A DNA stretch of 64,000 nt from Podarcis pityusensis. Its lineage: Eukaryota. The notes beneath the pieces are model-generated. The model worked only from the letters and a program-made list of their open reading frames with translations, was not told the origin of the DNA and searched no databases. This document shows positions 1 through 13,932 of this stretch, piece after piece. Both the position numbers and the translations under genes were made by a program. The DNA is taken from the NCBI GenBank assembly GCA_964106645.2, contig OZ067040.1, one strand, 5' to 3'. Every line of letters starts with the position of its first letter. Position 1 is the first letter of the stretch.

Positions 1-196
1 AAGTAAAGACCCTACTTTCACTTTTGGTGTCGGGCCTGAAGAAACAGCCATTCTGGCTCCCACTACTTGCCAAACCTGTTGATCTAATATTCCAGTTTCC
101 TTTATATGACTTAGAGTCATCACACTGTTCATTTAAACATGGGTTTAGTTACAGCAAGGTTATGCTCAAATTGTTATGGAAGACTTGCCACATTAC

Positions 197-403
197 CTGC
201 TTGGCACGCTTCCTTGCATCATCCAAAGCTCTTCCTCTTTCCACTAAGCGCTGAACTACTTTTTCCCATCTACTCTGGACACTGATCAGCAGATTTTTAA
301 TGAGGACAACGTCCTGTTTCTGGCTGAAGTATTTCAAATGTGTTCCAGTTTTGTCCAGCTCAATAATCTGGTCACGGTGGGCATTCACTTCATTGGCAAA
401 GAC
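197..403 (-). CDS. DST: DST exon ([12 protein letters not shown]...ARKRAKQ), 207 nt, phase 0-0
   Basis: aag|GTC acceptor, CAG|gtaatg donor, spectrin-repeat peptide. Confidence 0.92.
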
Positions 404-656
404 CTTGTGAAAGAAAGAAAAAAGATAATATTTGAAAAGCTTCAGAGTCTTCTAGCACGCAGATATATACCTAAGAAGTGTTATGCACTGCTTTATTGGT
501 CAGAGACACTATAAAATGTCACTTAAAAAAACTGTAAAATGTCTTTGGATTTTAATGGTGCTGGCTTGCTTTAAACATTAATACAAGCCAGCCAGCCTGT
601 GGGTCCAAGGAACAGGAAGAAGAAAGTTGCACATCTGTTGTTGTTTCTGTACATAC

Positions 657-812
657 CTTGTGTTCATCAATTTGAAATAAGACAGTATCCAAGATAAGAC
701 TTGGCCGAGAAGCTACTGTCAAGGTTTGCTCAGCTTGAGTAAGCCAGTTGATGAAGTCCTGCAGTGAGTTGTGGAACTCCATTGCCAAATTGAGAGCTTC
801 TTCCAGTTTGAT
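657..812 (-). CDS. DST: DST exon ([24 protein letters not shown]...DEHK), 156 nt
   Basis: cag|ATC acceptor, AAG|gtatgt donor. Confidence 0.92.
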
Positions 813-2626
813 CTGTAAGAACACACCATAAATTAGCAGCAGTGGACAGTTTATACTAGAAACCATATAAACTTTATAGAGAAATAAACCAAACCATGTC
901 TGAATGTAATTTGGAAGAAGGCCACTGTTGTCCTGTTGCCTTCGCCCCCCCCCCCCCCGTTTAATACTGGTATGCTCTGAATATTTAAACGGCACACAAG
1001 GAAAGATATTTCTAAAAATATTTCAGCAGAAACTGACAAAACAGAGAACCTACAAGGACTGAGCAGGCAGAAGAGCATCCAATGCCACATACAGATTCCT
1101 GCCACTCAGTGCTAAATGATGAGCCTTACAAGTATTCAGACAGTAATCCAGGAACATCATTTCAGCTTTGATTCTGCTTGCATGAAAAGGGGATGATATG
1201 TGGTTGCATTGCATGAAGGATTAGGAAGATAAAGTTGGGAATTTGCACTATGGAGACTATCCTTTTTTGCCAAATGTAGGTCTAGTTCAGACAACTTTGG
1301 GGCTGGCAAGTCTTTGTGCAGAACAGAAGCTACCCCCCTCTCTTCCACCATACAGATTACTGCTGTTTCAGATGTTATGAGAGTGAGTCTTAAGCTCCTG
1401 TGCTCCCCACTATGGCACAGTCAGAACGAGAAATTCAGGAGGTTTCATTTTTATTTATTTATTAACTATAGCCTTTCATAGCATCCAAACTCAGGTGTTT
1501 AATTTTAACTATGGCTTGCTGAAATGAAAAAAAAAATAAGCCATAGTTTAAGAAGCTGTCTTGTTTATGCAGTTTATGGTTCAGATGCCGCGCTAAACAG
1601 TGATTTATCCAAAATGGAAGTGGAAGCTTTCGATTTTCTCCTCGGGGCTGCACTGGAGGAGAGGGGAGCGAACAAGGACTCACCTAGATTGTATATGCAA
1701 TATAACAGTATCCTACCAGATGGCGCTGTGGAGTCCCGTTTTCTCTACCTGTTTTCCCTGTTTAAATTTACAATGCACTTAACTGAAACACTTCTTTGAT
1801 GTGTCTAGAGGCTAGTCTGAGGCTAGCTGCGACTTAAGTTTTGAGGCTAGCTGCGACTTATGCTAAGCAATGGTTTAGTGATATAATGTGAACTGGGGCC
1901 CTTTCTCATAAAGCTGAAGAATATAATGTGTTGGGTGTCAACATGGTTTGTCCACAATATCATACGTAACCAGGCCAGGCCATCTAATACAATTGAAACA
2001 ATCCTTTAAATTTACATTATATGAGTATGCAAATACTCCTTTTTCCAAGAATGGCTTCATTTGTTTGTTTAATCATTTCTGTTTCTTATGAACACATTTG
2101 TATTTCAGCTGTTTCAAGATGTAATTTATAGTCTGGCTCAGAGTAAACTGTTTATCTATGTTTGGAGTATATTTTATTTTTTTACAAAAGAATGTCCACC
2201 CCCATGGAAACCCATAGCTATGAGTAAGATGCTTATCCAGGAATATGAGGTCGCCTCCCAGAGGGCACGAGAGAGGCCTCATCACTTAAAACTTTTAAGA
2301 ACTGCTATGTTCAAATGCCAGCAATAAAATTAAAGCATCAGTTCCAAGCTGACAGGATGATGGACTGGGTGGCTAGAAAGGATTTATTCATTCCTTAGGT
2401 CTGCGACCTATAGACTACAATAGGAGGTGTTTTCATTTACAAACATTGGTCTGCTGTCATGTAATTTATTGATCAGCTTTTCCAGATGAATCATGGTGTG
2501 TGACATCATTTACAGGTTTAATTGCATGGATCCCTAGCGCCTGCTAAAATGAAAATTCTGTATTTGCAATATTCTAATATCAAGACACATTTCAGAGAAT
2601 TTCCCCATGTTCGATATGCAACATAC

Positions 2627-2797
2627 TTTTCTTTCACTCAGCTTTGTTTCCACTGATTCCCATTTCTCTTTAAGATTATTTATGTCCTGCTCAACATTTG
2701 TTTCAATAGTCTCTAGGCATCTTGCAAGCATCTGTAGGCCCTTTTGCATCAGACTCTTGTATGTTTCTTCTTTAGCTTCAAAGGCAGCACAAAGTTC
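2627..2797 (-). CDS. DST: DST exon ([13 protein letters not shown]...LSERK), 171 nt
   Basis: tag|GAA acceptor, AAA|gtatgt donor. Confidence 0.9.
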
Positions 2798-3869
2798 CTA
2801 AACAAAGAGGGAAAGTATTGCAAATCGTTAATGCATAAACATTTATTCGAAAATGTTACCCCCTTAAAAGTTTCACATATTGCTTTAAACATGCTAGCTA
2901 TATTTTGGGGAGTTAATGTGAGTTGAACAAAGGAGGTGCCACTGTGCATTTCCAGACCTGGGCAGTCTGCAGCCCACAACTAATTTCCAGGGGCATGGAT
3001 ATGCCACTTCTCTCTTCCCTCTCCAGGTTCAAAAGAGAAGCTAAAAAAGGGCTGTTCAGAACACAAGAAATAGCCCAGTAAAATCTGATTTATTACTTGT
3101 GTGTGTGACAGTCATAAGCTTTGGCCTGTGTCCTTAAATTTCTGCATGAAATGAACCATCTTACCAGACCATGGTGATCAAAGCTGATCGAAAATGAAGG
3201 CATAACCACAGAAGATTGTGAAGCTGCATACAGAAAAACCCACCAGCTACGCTTTGCATCTCCGCCAAATATGTACTTATCGTCTAAGTTAGCTTTTCTA
3301 AGAAATATACACCAAGGCTGGGGTGCAAAGAAAGGCAGTTTGTGTGCCTTGTTTGCCTGGGGCTGGCTGTTTTATTTTTAAAGCTGTTTCATTTAAAAAG
3401 GAAGTAGAAAAGCTTTCTCCCACACGTGAGTGCCATTTCTTTACATTCCAGACCTTGGTTGCAATGCTGCACATGCTTGCAGCACCACTGAATGATAACC
3501 TAAATCTGAACCTAGTTGCAGTTAAGAACTTAATCTTATATTCTAAGTACAAGAGGGCAGGCAACTGTTAATGAGGTTTTAGCTCTGAACTACTTCATTC
3601 AGACACTGAAAAGAAGAATACCATTGTGCTGTCTGGTAACTTAGAGTACAGTCTTTGCCTCTGTGTACTGGTAACATGAGTTGTATTGATGAGGCAGGAA
3701 ATAATAAATGGAGAATGTTCTGCAATCATTGGCTAGCTTTTTAAAAAATGTTCTAACAAAAGCTAAGGAACAATAGAATAAGCTCTCAAATTTGAGACTG
3801 CAAGTAAATTCAAAAACAATCTGGTTTAAAGAAGAGGACATACAGAAAAGGAAAAAAGAAAAACTCAAC

Positions 3870-4036
3870 TGTCTGAGCAGTTCTCAGCATTATTTTACAG
3901 GGAAGAAAAAGACTTTAAGGGTATTCTTGATGACTCTAGTACTCAGCTAAACTTTATAGCTGAGTAACAGAGTCATCAATGATACCCTTAAAGTCTTTTT
4001 CTTCCCCGTAAAATAATGCTGAGAACTGCTCAGACA
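3870..4036. repeat. 167-bp inverted repeat (80-bp arms, 7-nt loop)
   Basis: 3870-3949 is the reverse complement of 3957-4036 at 75/80 positions. Confidence 0.95.
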
Positions 4037-4203
4037 TACACATGTACTGCTCAATCACTTTTGCTACTTAGTAAATTACCAAAAAAATAAGAGAGTGTTC
4101 TCATTAAACCTTACAGGCATTTCACTTTGCAAATGTTTCACTACAAACGGCCACAAAAGTTTAGCTTCCAAATTGGGACCATCTGCAATATTGAGATCCT
4201 TAC

Positions 4204-4332
4204 CATATGGATATTAAGCTGTTCTCTTGCAGTCTCTGGTAAACCACCAACTGGTTTCGATGCCAAAAGCTGACGCTCCGTTTCTGTCAGCCATTGTTGC
4301 AGATCTTCAACTTCACCATGGAAACCTTGGGC
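4204..4332 (-). CDS. DST: DST exon ([15 protein letters not shown]...LNIHM), 129 nt, not in ORF track
   Basis: tag|GCC acceptor, ATG|gtaagg donor, manual translation gives [14 protein letters not shown]. Confidence 0.92.
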
Positions 4333-5050
4333 CTAAGCGATACATCACCACAGCATTTCAGAACATATTTCAATAACCTAACATGCTACATCAGCTAAGG
4401 GGTTGTAAATGTTGAGCCTATGAAATCAGACTTAAGAAAAAAAAACCTCTAAAAAGAAATGCTACTAAACCAGAGATATCCTCTGGAGTAAAAACTGCAA
4501 ATTGTTGTCCGTATAATGAAACAGGGTAAAATGTGAAAGAAAGAAGGAGGAAGGAAGGAAAGAAACAAACAAAGAAAGAAAGACCCACAATCATTTCATC
4601 AATTGTATGAAACTTTTAATGGAGATATATAGATGTGGGTGTTTGCTAATTTTATTTGATATTTCAAATAATTCCAATTGGAAATGCATTTTCTAAAATC
4701 ATCCATACAGTAAACACGACTGCAAATATTAATTACAGTACAGTTAGGCACAGACAGAGAAAAACTGCTGTACAAATGGGTACTTAAGCACACAAACTCA
4801 GGCTCAGTGATAGTTATGATCTATAGCTTGATACTTCAAATTATTGCTAGTTCTCCAAGGGCACAATCCAGCCAAAGTTATCCATTTCTGAGTCCTACAA
4901 TTTCAGTGACAGAGAGCTAACTAACTGGGTTCCCAATTCTCCTGTGGAAATTAGTAGGACTGTAAAAGAACCTAACCTTGGCTGAAATGTGCTCAAATAT
5001 ATTAATTCAATGCAAGTTTATTTCCCTTTTGTTCAGTTTCTCATACACAC

Positions 5051-5248
5051 CTGGATCAAAGCACTGTCCAGCTGCAGCTTCCTCTTTTCTGTTTTTTCCA
5101 AGACATTTTGCCATCGCTGATTCAGAAGTTCCAGCTTGCTTTGCAGATTGCTCGCTTCTTCAACAGCACTTGACTGAATAAGGTCATTTCCTGCTTTCTT
5201 AACTGTTTCCACAGTGGACTGGTGAGCCAAGACATCATTTTGCAGCAC
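5051..5248 (-). CDS. DST: DST exon ([13 protein letters not shown]...SALIQ), 198 nt
   Basis: cag|GTG acceptor, CAG|gtgtgt donor. Confidence 0.92.
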
Positions 5249-5685
5249 CTGCAGTTACAAACATGTCATGCCTCGCCGTATTTTAAAAACGCTAATTTCA
5301 CTCAGTTGTACTAAAGTAGCAACATAATAATTTCAGTAAAAAACTTTGTGGCCAGTATTTAAGAATAGCACATACAGGATTCAGAGTCTGCCTAAAGGAA
5401 TGGGACTATCATTAATAGTTTACAATTATGCCTGACCTAACAGTATTATCTTTACTACCAAAAATCATGACATATTTTAGTGTGCTCTATTTGTAAAAAA
5501 AAGCTATGACCAAATGTAGTCTTTTTTCTTTACTTTCATAACTGTTTATACTCTCCTAATAGGAAAGTATTTCTTACAACATTACTGTAATGGTTGATAC
5601 AAAGGGAATCCAGACATGATAGCATCCCATTAACTTAACTAGGAGGCAAGGGCATTCACAAGAATTATTTGGGGGGGGGGCGGGC

Positions 5686-5920
5686 ATCTGGTCCAGCATC
5701 CTGTTTTCACAGTGGCCAACCAAATGCTTCTGGGAAATGCACAAGCAGGACCTGAGCATGAGAACACTCCCAATATCCTGTGCTTTCCAGCAACTGGTAT
5801 TCAGAAGCACTGATGAGTCCAATTGTGCAGGCACATTGTTCATGGTTAGCAGCAATCGATAGCCCTCTTCTCCATGCATTTTTTTCTAATCCTATTTTAA
5901 TGCCATATTGGTTGGCAGCC
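5686..5920 (-). mobile_element. CR1 3'-end fragment
   Basis: Shares tctggtccagcatcctgttttcacagtggccaacc and cagcaactggtattcagaagca with other copies in the window. Confidence 0.65.
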
Positions 5921-7126
5921 AACAATGAAGGTGGGGGAGCAGCCTAATTTTTCCCCATGTAGTAGAATACTATCCGCATATTTCGTCTCCTGTTATGCTC
6001 CTCCTATTATCCTATTCATTATAGAAACCTGCTATTTAAAAAAATGAAAGCTCTGAGTTTGAAGATTATGGTTCAGTCAAGAGAAAGGTGCAACTGCCTG
6101 TCCCCATGGATAGCTCCTCCTATTTAGGACCTCTAAGGATGGCTAAGTGGCCAAAGCATGGGGAGTGCATCAAGGCTCAAAGTATATGGGTTCAGGGTTG
6201 TTATGTAACATTCTGCTAATTTCTTCATGAAGTTATGCCAGGCTATCCAAATCTTCCTATATGCTGAACCCTATATGTGAGAATGGACATTACATCTCAG
6301 GGATGGCTGCCAAATCAAGAGAATTTTTTTTAGGGAGTTTGAAGAAAATGGTATTTAAGCCAATGGGCGAATAAAGAGAATTTGCCATATGAAAATAGCG
6401 GAAATGGATGTTTGTTGCAGGAATCGTTAAGTGGATTGATCCTATGTGTAACATTCAGATTTGGGGTAAGAGAAACAAAATTATATCACCGTAATGGTCT
6501 TCATAGTGCAGGAAAGGGAAACTTACTGTGTATGATGTGATTTAGTGAAGTGAGAACTATGTTTGAATACACACTCACTTGTGTGTTACAAGTCGAACAT
6601 GGAAAAAGATTTATTATTCATTGTTTTAAATAAATGTCCATCAATTTGAAAAAGTCAAACTTTTATTACAGAAACAGGTGCCACTTTTTCTCTCCTCCAC
6701 TCTTTAGGACAATGGCAACTGCTTGCCAAGTTCCTGGATTTTTTGATGATCAAAGAGGAAGTACTCTCTAGCATGGAAGACTTAAATGAGCAGGAAGTAC
6801 CTAAGAGTGAGTGTTTGCTGAACCCTTTCTGTACCTGCAATTCATTTATTAAGCCACGACAGGTATGTGATGCTTTGCCAAGAATACGTTGTTTTTTTTA
6901 CTAATGAGATGTTCTGAACCATCCATGACTGGGAAACGTAAAGAAGGGAGGAAACAGCAATATCTGTATGTTAGCAATTATGTTTTGTAATACAAATTTA
7001 TCTTTGGGCTTGCGTCCTTTGAAATCATGATTTGATGATGTACGAAAATGCTCTTTGCAAATGTTGCCATAAAAAGGATCCAGCTATATCTAAAAGCAGT
7101 GAATCTCAGAATTATCAGTTACGTAC

Positions 7127-7282
7127 ATGATGTTTGGCCAGCTCAATTTCAATAGCCTTGGGGTCACCACCCACGGGTTTCTGTTCATTCAGCAGGTCCT
7201 CTGTATGGGTGAGCCATGCGAGCAACTCATCCAGGGCATGTTGGAACTGCCCCAAGGCCAACAAAGCGCCTTCCAGCTTATG
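7127..7282 (-). CDS. DST: DST exon ([24 protein letters not shown]...LAKHH), 156 nt
   Basis: cag|CAT acceptor, CAT|gtacgt donor, manual translation. Confidence 0.92.
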
Positions 7283-8502
7283 CTGTAAAAAAAACCAGAA
7301 TGGAAGGAATTATTACTTTATGTTAAGGCCGCAAGCGATTTAAAATGTCCTTAGTTGCATCAAACCTCAAATGAATGATTGCAATAAGGCAAGAGTGGTC
7401 AGTGAGGAGGTGCATCACCATACCTGGCCTCCTGGCAGTGGAGTCGCTGCCAACTATTGAGAGGTGAGGCAGCCAGCAGTTTGACACTGTGCAGGTTGAA
7501 CAGCAGAGCCTATCTAGCACTCCCACCAACATGTCCACCCAACATTCAACCTCCCCACCACCTTCTCCTGCACCCTCTTGCTGAGCAGCAGCGACTCCAC
7601 TGCCAGGATGCCAGAGGCAAAGCGCCGCCCCGCCCCCTTGTCAACAGCTGCTCCTGGAGTAAGAGACGCCATCCAAATTTTATGTAATGTGCTTGAATGC
7701 AGCAACATTATCTGAAAACAATTCTAGACAGCGGCCACAAAGTTAAAAGTTCTTTTGCAATTATTTATTTTTAGAAATCCATCCCAGGGTGAGCTGTAAT
7801 AGAAAAGGCATCATTTTATCATCCAAGGAACTTGGATAGTTAGTCAAAGAGACAGAGTTGCTCAACACCAACCAGTGAGCTTCGTGTTTGGGTCAGAATT
7901 TGAAAATGGAGCCCCACCATCGAAACCCAACAATCTCTCCCCATGTACCTCATATGTCTGATGTAATATTGTGGTGCAGCAACTTACAATAAACCACTGA
8001 CCCTAAACACACTGGACTATGTCCTCCTGTCATCTGCTTGGGGCAGGGACTAGCATATTTTTTGCTAATGCACTTTGGTGAACCCATAGAAATAAATAAA
8101 AATAACTATGGTATACAGCTTCTCGCTTCATAGCTACCACAACAACAGCCTGGTTTGCAGGAAACATCTGCTGCCCGGAAGCTTATTGGAAACTGCTCCG
8201 TGTGGCAGCTGTCTCCTTGGGTCAAATTGCTCTTCTGTAGTGGCTCAATTTGTGGATCGGAAGACTTTGAACATGCTACCCTAAAATATAGCTCAATTTA
8301 AAGTTTGCATTGCATTTCCATAGCAGTGCAGAAAATCCCCTAAGCTCAGGGTTTCCAATCCCTTTTCCCCCCATGACCACTAAAAAATGTTGATGACCTT
8401 GGTGGGCCATTCCATGATTTTTCTGTCTGTTATAGCAACTGTAATGTAACGTGCTAGATGCTGTATGATTCTAAGTGATATTTTTATTGCCTTTTTATTG
8501 CT

Positions 8503-8685
8503 GTAGAGGTGGAAGGGACCCTAAGGGTCATCTAGTCCAACCTCCTGAAAATCAGGAATCTCAGCTAAAGCATCCATGACGGAGGGCCATCCAACCTCTG
8601 CTTAAAAACCTCCAAGGAAGGAGAGTCCACCACCTTCTGAGGGAGTCCGTTTCACTGTCGAACAGCTCTTACTATCAGAAAGTTA
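8503..8685 (-). mobile_element. CR1 3'-end fragment, second family
   Basis: ggaagggaccctaagggtcatctagtccaacc and ccatccaacctctgcttaaaaacctccaaggaaggagagtccaccacc are typical of reverse-complemented CR1 3' ends. Confidence 0.65.
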
Positions 8686-9017
8686 TTTCCAATGTATTGT
8701 ATTTTGCTGTATTACAATTTGCATTCCAATCAATTCAAATTGTACTACACTAAAAATACAATGCAATATGTTAACTGAAACTAATAAAAAAACTGTTAAA
8801 AAGTAATATGAGTATTTGATGCCAACCTGCCATGGATTACCTGAAAGAAAGGCCACAGTTTTGAGAACGTCTTCCCTAGGTCACGTAATAAACTTTGACA
8901 CACAATTGAGTTTCCACGTAGAAACTCTTGCTATTCAAATTTCAGAGCACGAGTGCCAGAAAACATGCATTTCATGGCAACATAAGGCAGAATATTACCC
9001 TTTCAGTTTCCATTTAC

Positions 9018-9191
9018 CTGGCGGCTAACAATTTTATCCTCCAGACTTTCCCACAACAGCTTAAGTTCAGACAAGGGGTCTTGTACGGTGTGCTTATCAC
9101 TCTCCTCTGTCACTTTCTTCAACAACAGCTCTGCTTGGTGGTTCAGCCTTTCCATTTCAATCTGCTGCTGATAGGCTTCTTTCTTAAATTG
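9018..9191 (-). CDS. DST: DST exon ([16 protein letters not shown]...IVSRQ), 174 nt
   Basis: cag|CAA acceptor, CAG|gtaaat donor. Confidence 0.92.
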
Positions 9192-11613
9192 CTGTGGAAA
9201 CCAAGGAAGACAATAATCAACAATGAATATCACCTAGAGAAGAGTGCTTAGTAGGATGCTCTGTCCTTATTTCAAAATTGCCAAATAGGTCACACCGGAT
9301 ATATCTGCCCCTGGATTTCCAATAACCAAGGCATGTGTTTTCTCCAAATGAACACAGAAGGCACACTTCACCGGAAAAGAAAACGCATCCAGCATGCAAA
9401 AGCAGGATGTTTTAAAACAAATTTAAAAATCAGTTTGTGTGTGTGCGCACGTGCATGCAGTAGCAGCTGTTGCACCTGAGAGTTTGTTTCCTGTCTTCCC
9501 AATGCCATCCATTGCTGCTGCTTACCAAGAGGGACAGTAGCAGAGCCAAGGCAACAGGTGTGGGTACAGCAGTGGGAGCATCATACTGGGTCCACCACTG
9601 CTCCTGCGCCATGTTGAGCTCTTGTTGCATTCACCCTACCCCTCTTGGTAAGCAGCATGGCATTGGAAAGAGAGGTGAGAAACATAGCTTGCTGGCTGCG
9701 ACAATGCACAGGCACACACAGAGAGATATTAATGTCTGCATTCATTGAGGGTTAGAATATAGCTTTACCTGTACAATGATATTTTGTGGCTCTCTCTTGT
9801 CCGTTGTTATATTTACCTGACTGTTGACCCAGTCTGCTCTGACCTGACTGTTGTTTTCTACAATTTTTGGTGGTGTTATTTCATGTTTTATTGGATTTAT
9901 ACTTTAAATTCTTTTAATTGTTTGACACTCCTGTGGTTATGGAGTAACTAATCAATGTAATAAATAAATTAGCTGAATCCAGAAGAGTTTACCCCTTGTA
10001 TTTTTACATGAGTCACAGTTCTGGGCATGCCTTTTGTTAACATCATTACATTTCTGAATTAGATGTAATTATAAATAAATGAAGAGATGTGGAAGAATGA
10101 CACTTCAGCAACCAATCACCAATGTGAGAATGTGCTCGAGGCTTTAGCAACATTAGTTTCCCCACCAACTGCATGACTTATGGGATACACACAATTTCTG
10201 TTGCTGGAGGAATGTTGCTAGCCTTAGAGGAAATGGCAACAGCCATTCCAGGGGTCATATCCCAGTTTCCAAATGCACACAGCAGCATGGAGCTCAAGGC
10301 AGATGGCCATGTGGACATGTCCATAATACATCCTTATTCAAAATATCCCTACAGTGTTTGCAAAAAGCATGGAGGAAGAAAAACCACCCAACGGAGAATT
10401 TTTTTCATCTGATATTAATTTTGGTTGTGAAAAAGACAAACTCTACATCATGAGTTTTGAATGTCAGTGGTTGATGTTAACAAATGCTTTCTCTTTTGTC
10501 AAAAGGCATTTCTTCAGAGCTTTAAAAACATGCTTATTGAAAAGGCTGTTAAACCTGTTTAAGTACAGGGACCCACAGACCAAGAACAGCTATGCAAAAC
10601 CAGATGAGCCAGGCACAGAAGAGGAAAGGAATCCTTTGCACACCCGAAGCTTGTTGAAGATCCAAGGAAGAAGGTTTCATAAATACCGTAACTTCTTTCT
10701 GCCCTCAGCACACTCTGCAAGTCATTGGGCAGCCAGCCAACACTCCCTGAAGCCTCCCTGCTGTGACCCATTCACAAAATCCTATTCCCTATCTAGCCTA
10801 ACATCTTTTACCAAAGATACACACTGATTCAATAAGACAGAAGTGAGAAATGTAGAAGGGCTTCCCCCTTGCCCCTGTTACTGTATACCCCTGGGTCAAG
10901 ATGATGCATCACTATCACCACTCTGCCCTGTTTTGATGATCTCTTAATCCCCACTTTCATTTTTAGAAGTAATTTCTTACCCTAATTTTCAATCTTCAAC
11001 CCCTGCTGAGAGACAGGGCTTAAATATTGGCTGTTAAATTTCCTGTTTAATTTCCCAACATATTCAAGCCCTGCTTTTCACATACAAAAACAGGGCTGGA
11101 GTGGATTCATCCAGTCTAATCCTGTGCCCTAAAACAGGATATCCTATACCATCTCTGCTTCCTGTGCAAAGCACACAGCAGCATCCAGGTATTATGAAAA
11201 GAATGAGTCATATTTCCATTCCAAATATTGCTTTTAGAGTTGGCTGGGGATTTTGCTTTATAGTCCAGTGGGCTGCAGTGGAAATGAAGAGATCTATGAA
11301 TGTTTAGGACTAATCCATGGTATGAAGAATGACAGGCTTTGCAGGAACTTGTGCACATTCTAAAAGGGAAGCTGGGTGTCATAAAAGTAATTGATGCAGT
11401 GATGAAAAAACAACCGCTTTTGGAAAAAATCCACAATTAACTTGGAGAGGAAACTGATGTCATATTACTTACAGACTCAGAAAGGCTGTAGATTTTTAAG
11501 TAACATGCCCAAACAAAAATAATTTACTTTTTGTTACAGACTGAATGCAAAGTGATTTGGAACACTAACAATAACAGAAAGATGTACATCCATAAGAAGT
11601 TACTGTTTCATAC

Positions 11614-11715
11614 CTTCATTTCTTCTGTCTGTTGTTTTACTGTTTCTAGGTCTGTTCCAACTGGTGACATCGCAGCTAATTTACTGCCAGCAATATCCAC
11701 CCAGTCAAATATGGC
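11614..11715 (-). CDS. DST: DST exon ([34 protein letters not shown]), 102 nt
   Basis: cag|GCC acceptor, AAG|gtatga donor, manual translation. Confidence 0.9.
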
Positions 11716-13594
11716 CTGTAAACATATTGAATAAGAATAAGAAAATCAGGTAAAATAGCAGTCCAAGTAATGCTATAGCATAGCCTCATAGTAGGTGCAA
11801 CATAATAATAATTGATCTGTGAATGCTACTAAGTACTGTATAATTGCTGCTACTGAATAAAACTGTATTACAGACAATAACTGTTTCATGCTTGTCCAAT
11901 ATGTGCATAACTGTGAACATGCGCATCACCACAACCTGGAAATGGTCTGAAGGGGGGGGGCAGAGGCATAATGGGGCAGAGTGGGCTTATGCACACTCCA
12001 CTGATGTGCACGGGGGTCAGGAACATAACCCCCACACAAAACAGTTGTTGCCTGCTCAAAGAATTTAGAATTTTCTGCTGGTTTTTTCCACTTTGACAAC
12101 TTTTTGTGCACTTCTCCATTTCTGAATATAAGAGTTGTCAAATATTTTTATCCCCAGAAAACCTACAATTGGAACATCAATGGAGAATCTTGTGGCGCCT
12201 TAAGAACTAACCCAATTATTGTCACGTATTTGTTGCAATCCTCTAATACCTACCTGCGAATAAGTTTCATTGGGTCATGCCTAGTATTGAACTGTTAGTC
12301 TTTAAAGTGCCACAGATCTCTTTGTTGTTTTTGAGGTAACAGATAGTGTGATCTGGCTATCCTTCTGGAATGTATGAGTTAAATCATTTATTAAAATTCT
12401 CAAGATATCTGAAGGTCTTTAGAGGAAGCTCAGAGGGTGATATTCAAACACTCTTCCAGGGCCATATCTATGACTCAAGATGGGTATAAATGCAGCAGAG
12501 GGAGCCAGATTTTCATAACATTCAAGGACATTGCATAACATTGGATAGCAAAGGCCACTTCACTCCCCATTAATGAGGTATGAACTACTACCAGGGATCA
12601 TGCATCAGCTATACCTGAGCAGTTGTGTTCACACTTCACCTCCAACTTGGCAGCAGGTATTCCATTTAAGAGCATGCATACATGTGCATGCCAATACATC
12701 AAAGAGCACCTCTCCTACCCCAATAAAATCTAGGAACTAGCCTGCTTAGTTCCATTTGGCGGGAAATATCCACATCTTTTTGGAGTGTGCACTGCTTCTG
12801 CAAGTGTCTTCCAGACATAATGTCATACTGGAGACAATGCAGGATAAAGACTAAGAAACTGGTGGCTTTTAGGTTAGGAATTAAAGCCAAGTAATGAAAG
12901 CTGAAATATAGAAATAAGCATGTTGCTGGGACCCTCTGGTCAAATACAGTCTTTTTAAATAAAAACAACAACACAGAGTCTAAAAAGTAATTGGGCATGA
13001 TGTTACAATGTTGTCCTGCCTCTAAACATTTTACCACGGTCCAACGTGCAATGCAGTTTCTAATGCAGAGATGGGGAACCCTTTTTCCAGACTGTAGTCC
13101 ACAATAGTGAGCAAGCCCAGAGGCAAAGTGGGTAAAGCAACTAATGTAGTTTACCTTCATATAGCAGGCTTGATTCTACACACACTTAACACACTCCACT
13201 CCATACTCTCATCCAGGATACTAAGTGGTACTATCAGAGTTCAAGAACACAATCCAGCCAGACAAAAACACTCAAAGTGGGTATAAAGTAAGATTGATTG
13301 TGACCTAGGGGAAAGGGGGTGCAGTTGAAGGTGGGTGTCCTGGGGAGAGTGCAAAGGGCCAGGCAGAGAGGGTCCTCATTCTTGTTCCAACAGGTAGTTA
13401 GTTATTCTATCTTTACAAACAATGCATGTGATCCAAAGCAGTGAAACGGGAACCTCATTTACAATTTACAAATGATCCAAAGATCTGTTGAGCAGATAAA
13501 ATTTAGCAAGGCCAGTCATGAAATATGATAATTTTGGAATATGTGGGATGTTGTTCACTGAATAGAATCAAATCACCATCAGATAAGTTATGGA

Positions 13595-13894
13595 TGGCAA
13601 CATGAGAACAGGCCTTCTCTGCAGTGGCACCCCGTCTGTGGAATGCTCTCCCCAGGGAGGTTCACCTGGCACCTTCATTATACACATTTTAGGTGCCAGG
13701 CAGAAACGTTCCTTTTTAACCAGACCTTTGGTTGATTTAATTAACATCCTATGCCCTTTTAAAACGTGGTTCTTTTTGGGGGGGGGTATTGGGTTGTTGT
13801 TTTTATTTTGATTATATATTTTGTGGTTTTATATTTTGATTTTGTTCTGTGAACTGCCCTGAGATCCACAGGTATGGGGCGGTACATAAATTCT

Positions 13895-13932
<38 letters not shown>
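13595..13932 (+). mobile_element. L2-like LINE 3' fragment ending in an (AAC)n tail
   Basis: tgtggaatgctctcccc...tgtgaactgccctgag...gggcggtacataaat followed by (AAC)12. An inverted partial copy lies at ~48810-48930. Confidence 0.6.

Noticed and set aside
1818-1860. Direct repeat tgaggctagctgcgactta x2
   Set aside because: Two-copy local duplication only; not an array and not CRISPR-like
10354-13160. Intronic ORFs of 157 aa (10354-10827) and 153 aa (12699-13160)
   Set aside because: No recognisable domains or splice-phase fit; lengths are compatible with chance in 64 kb
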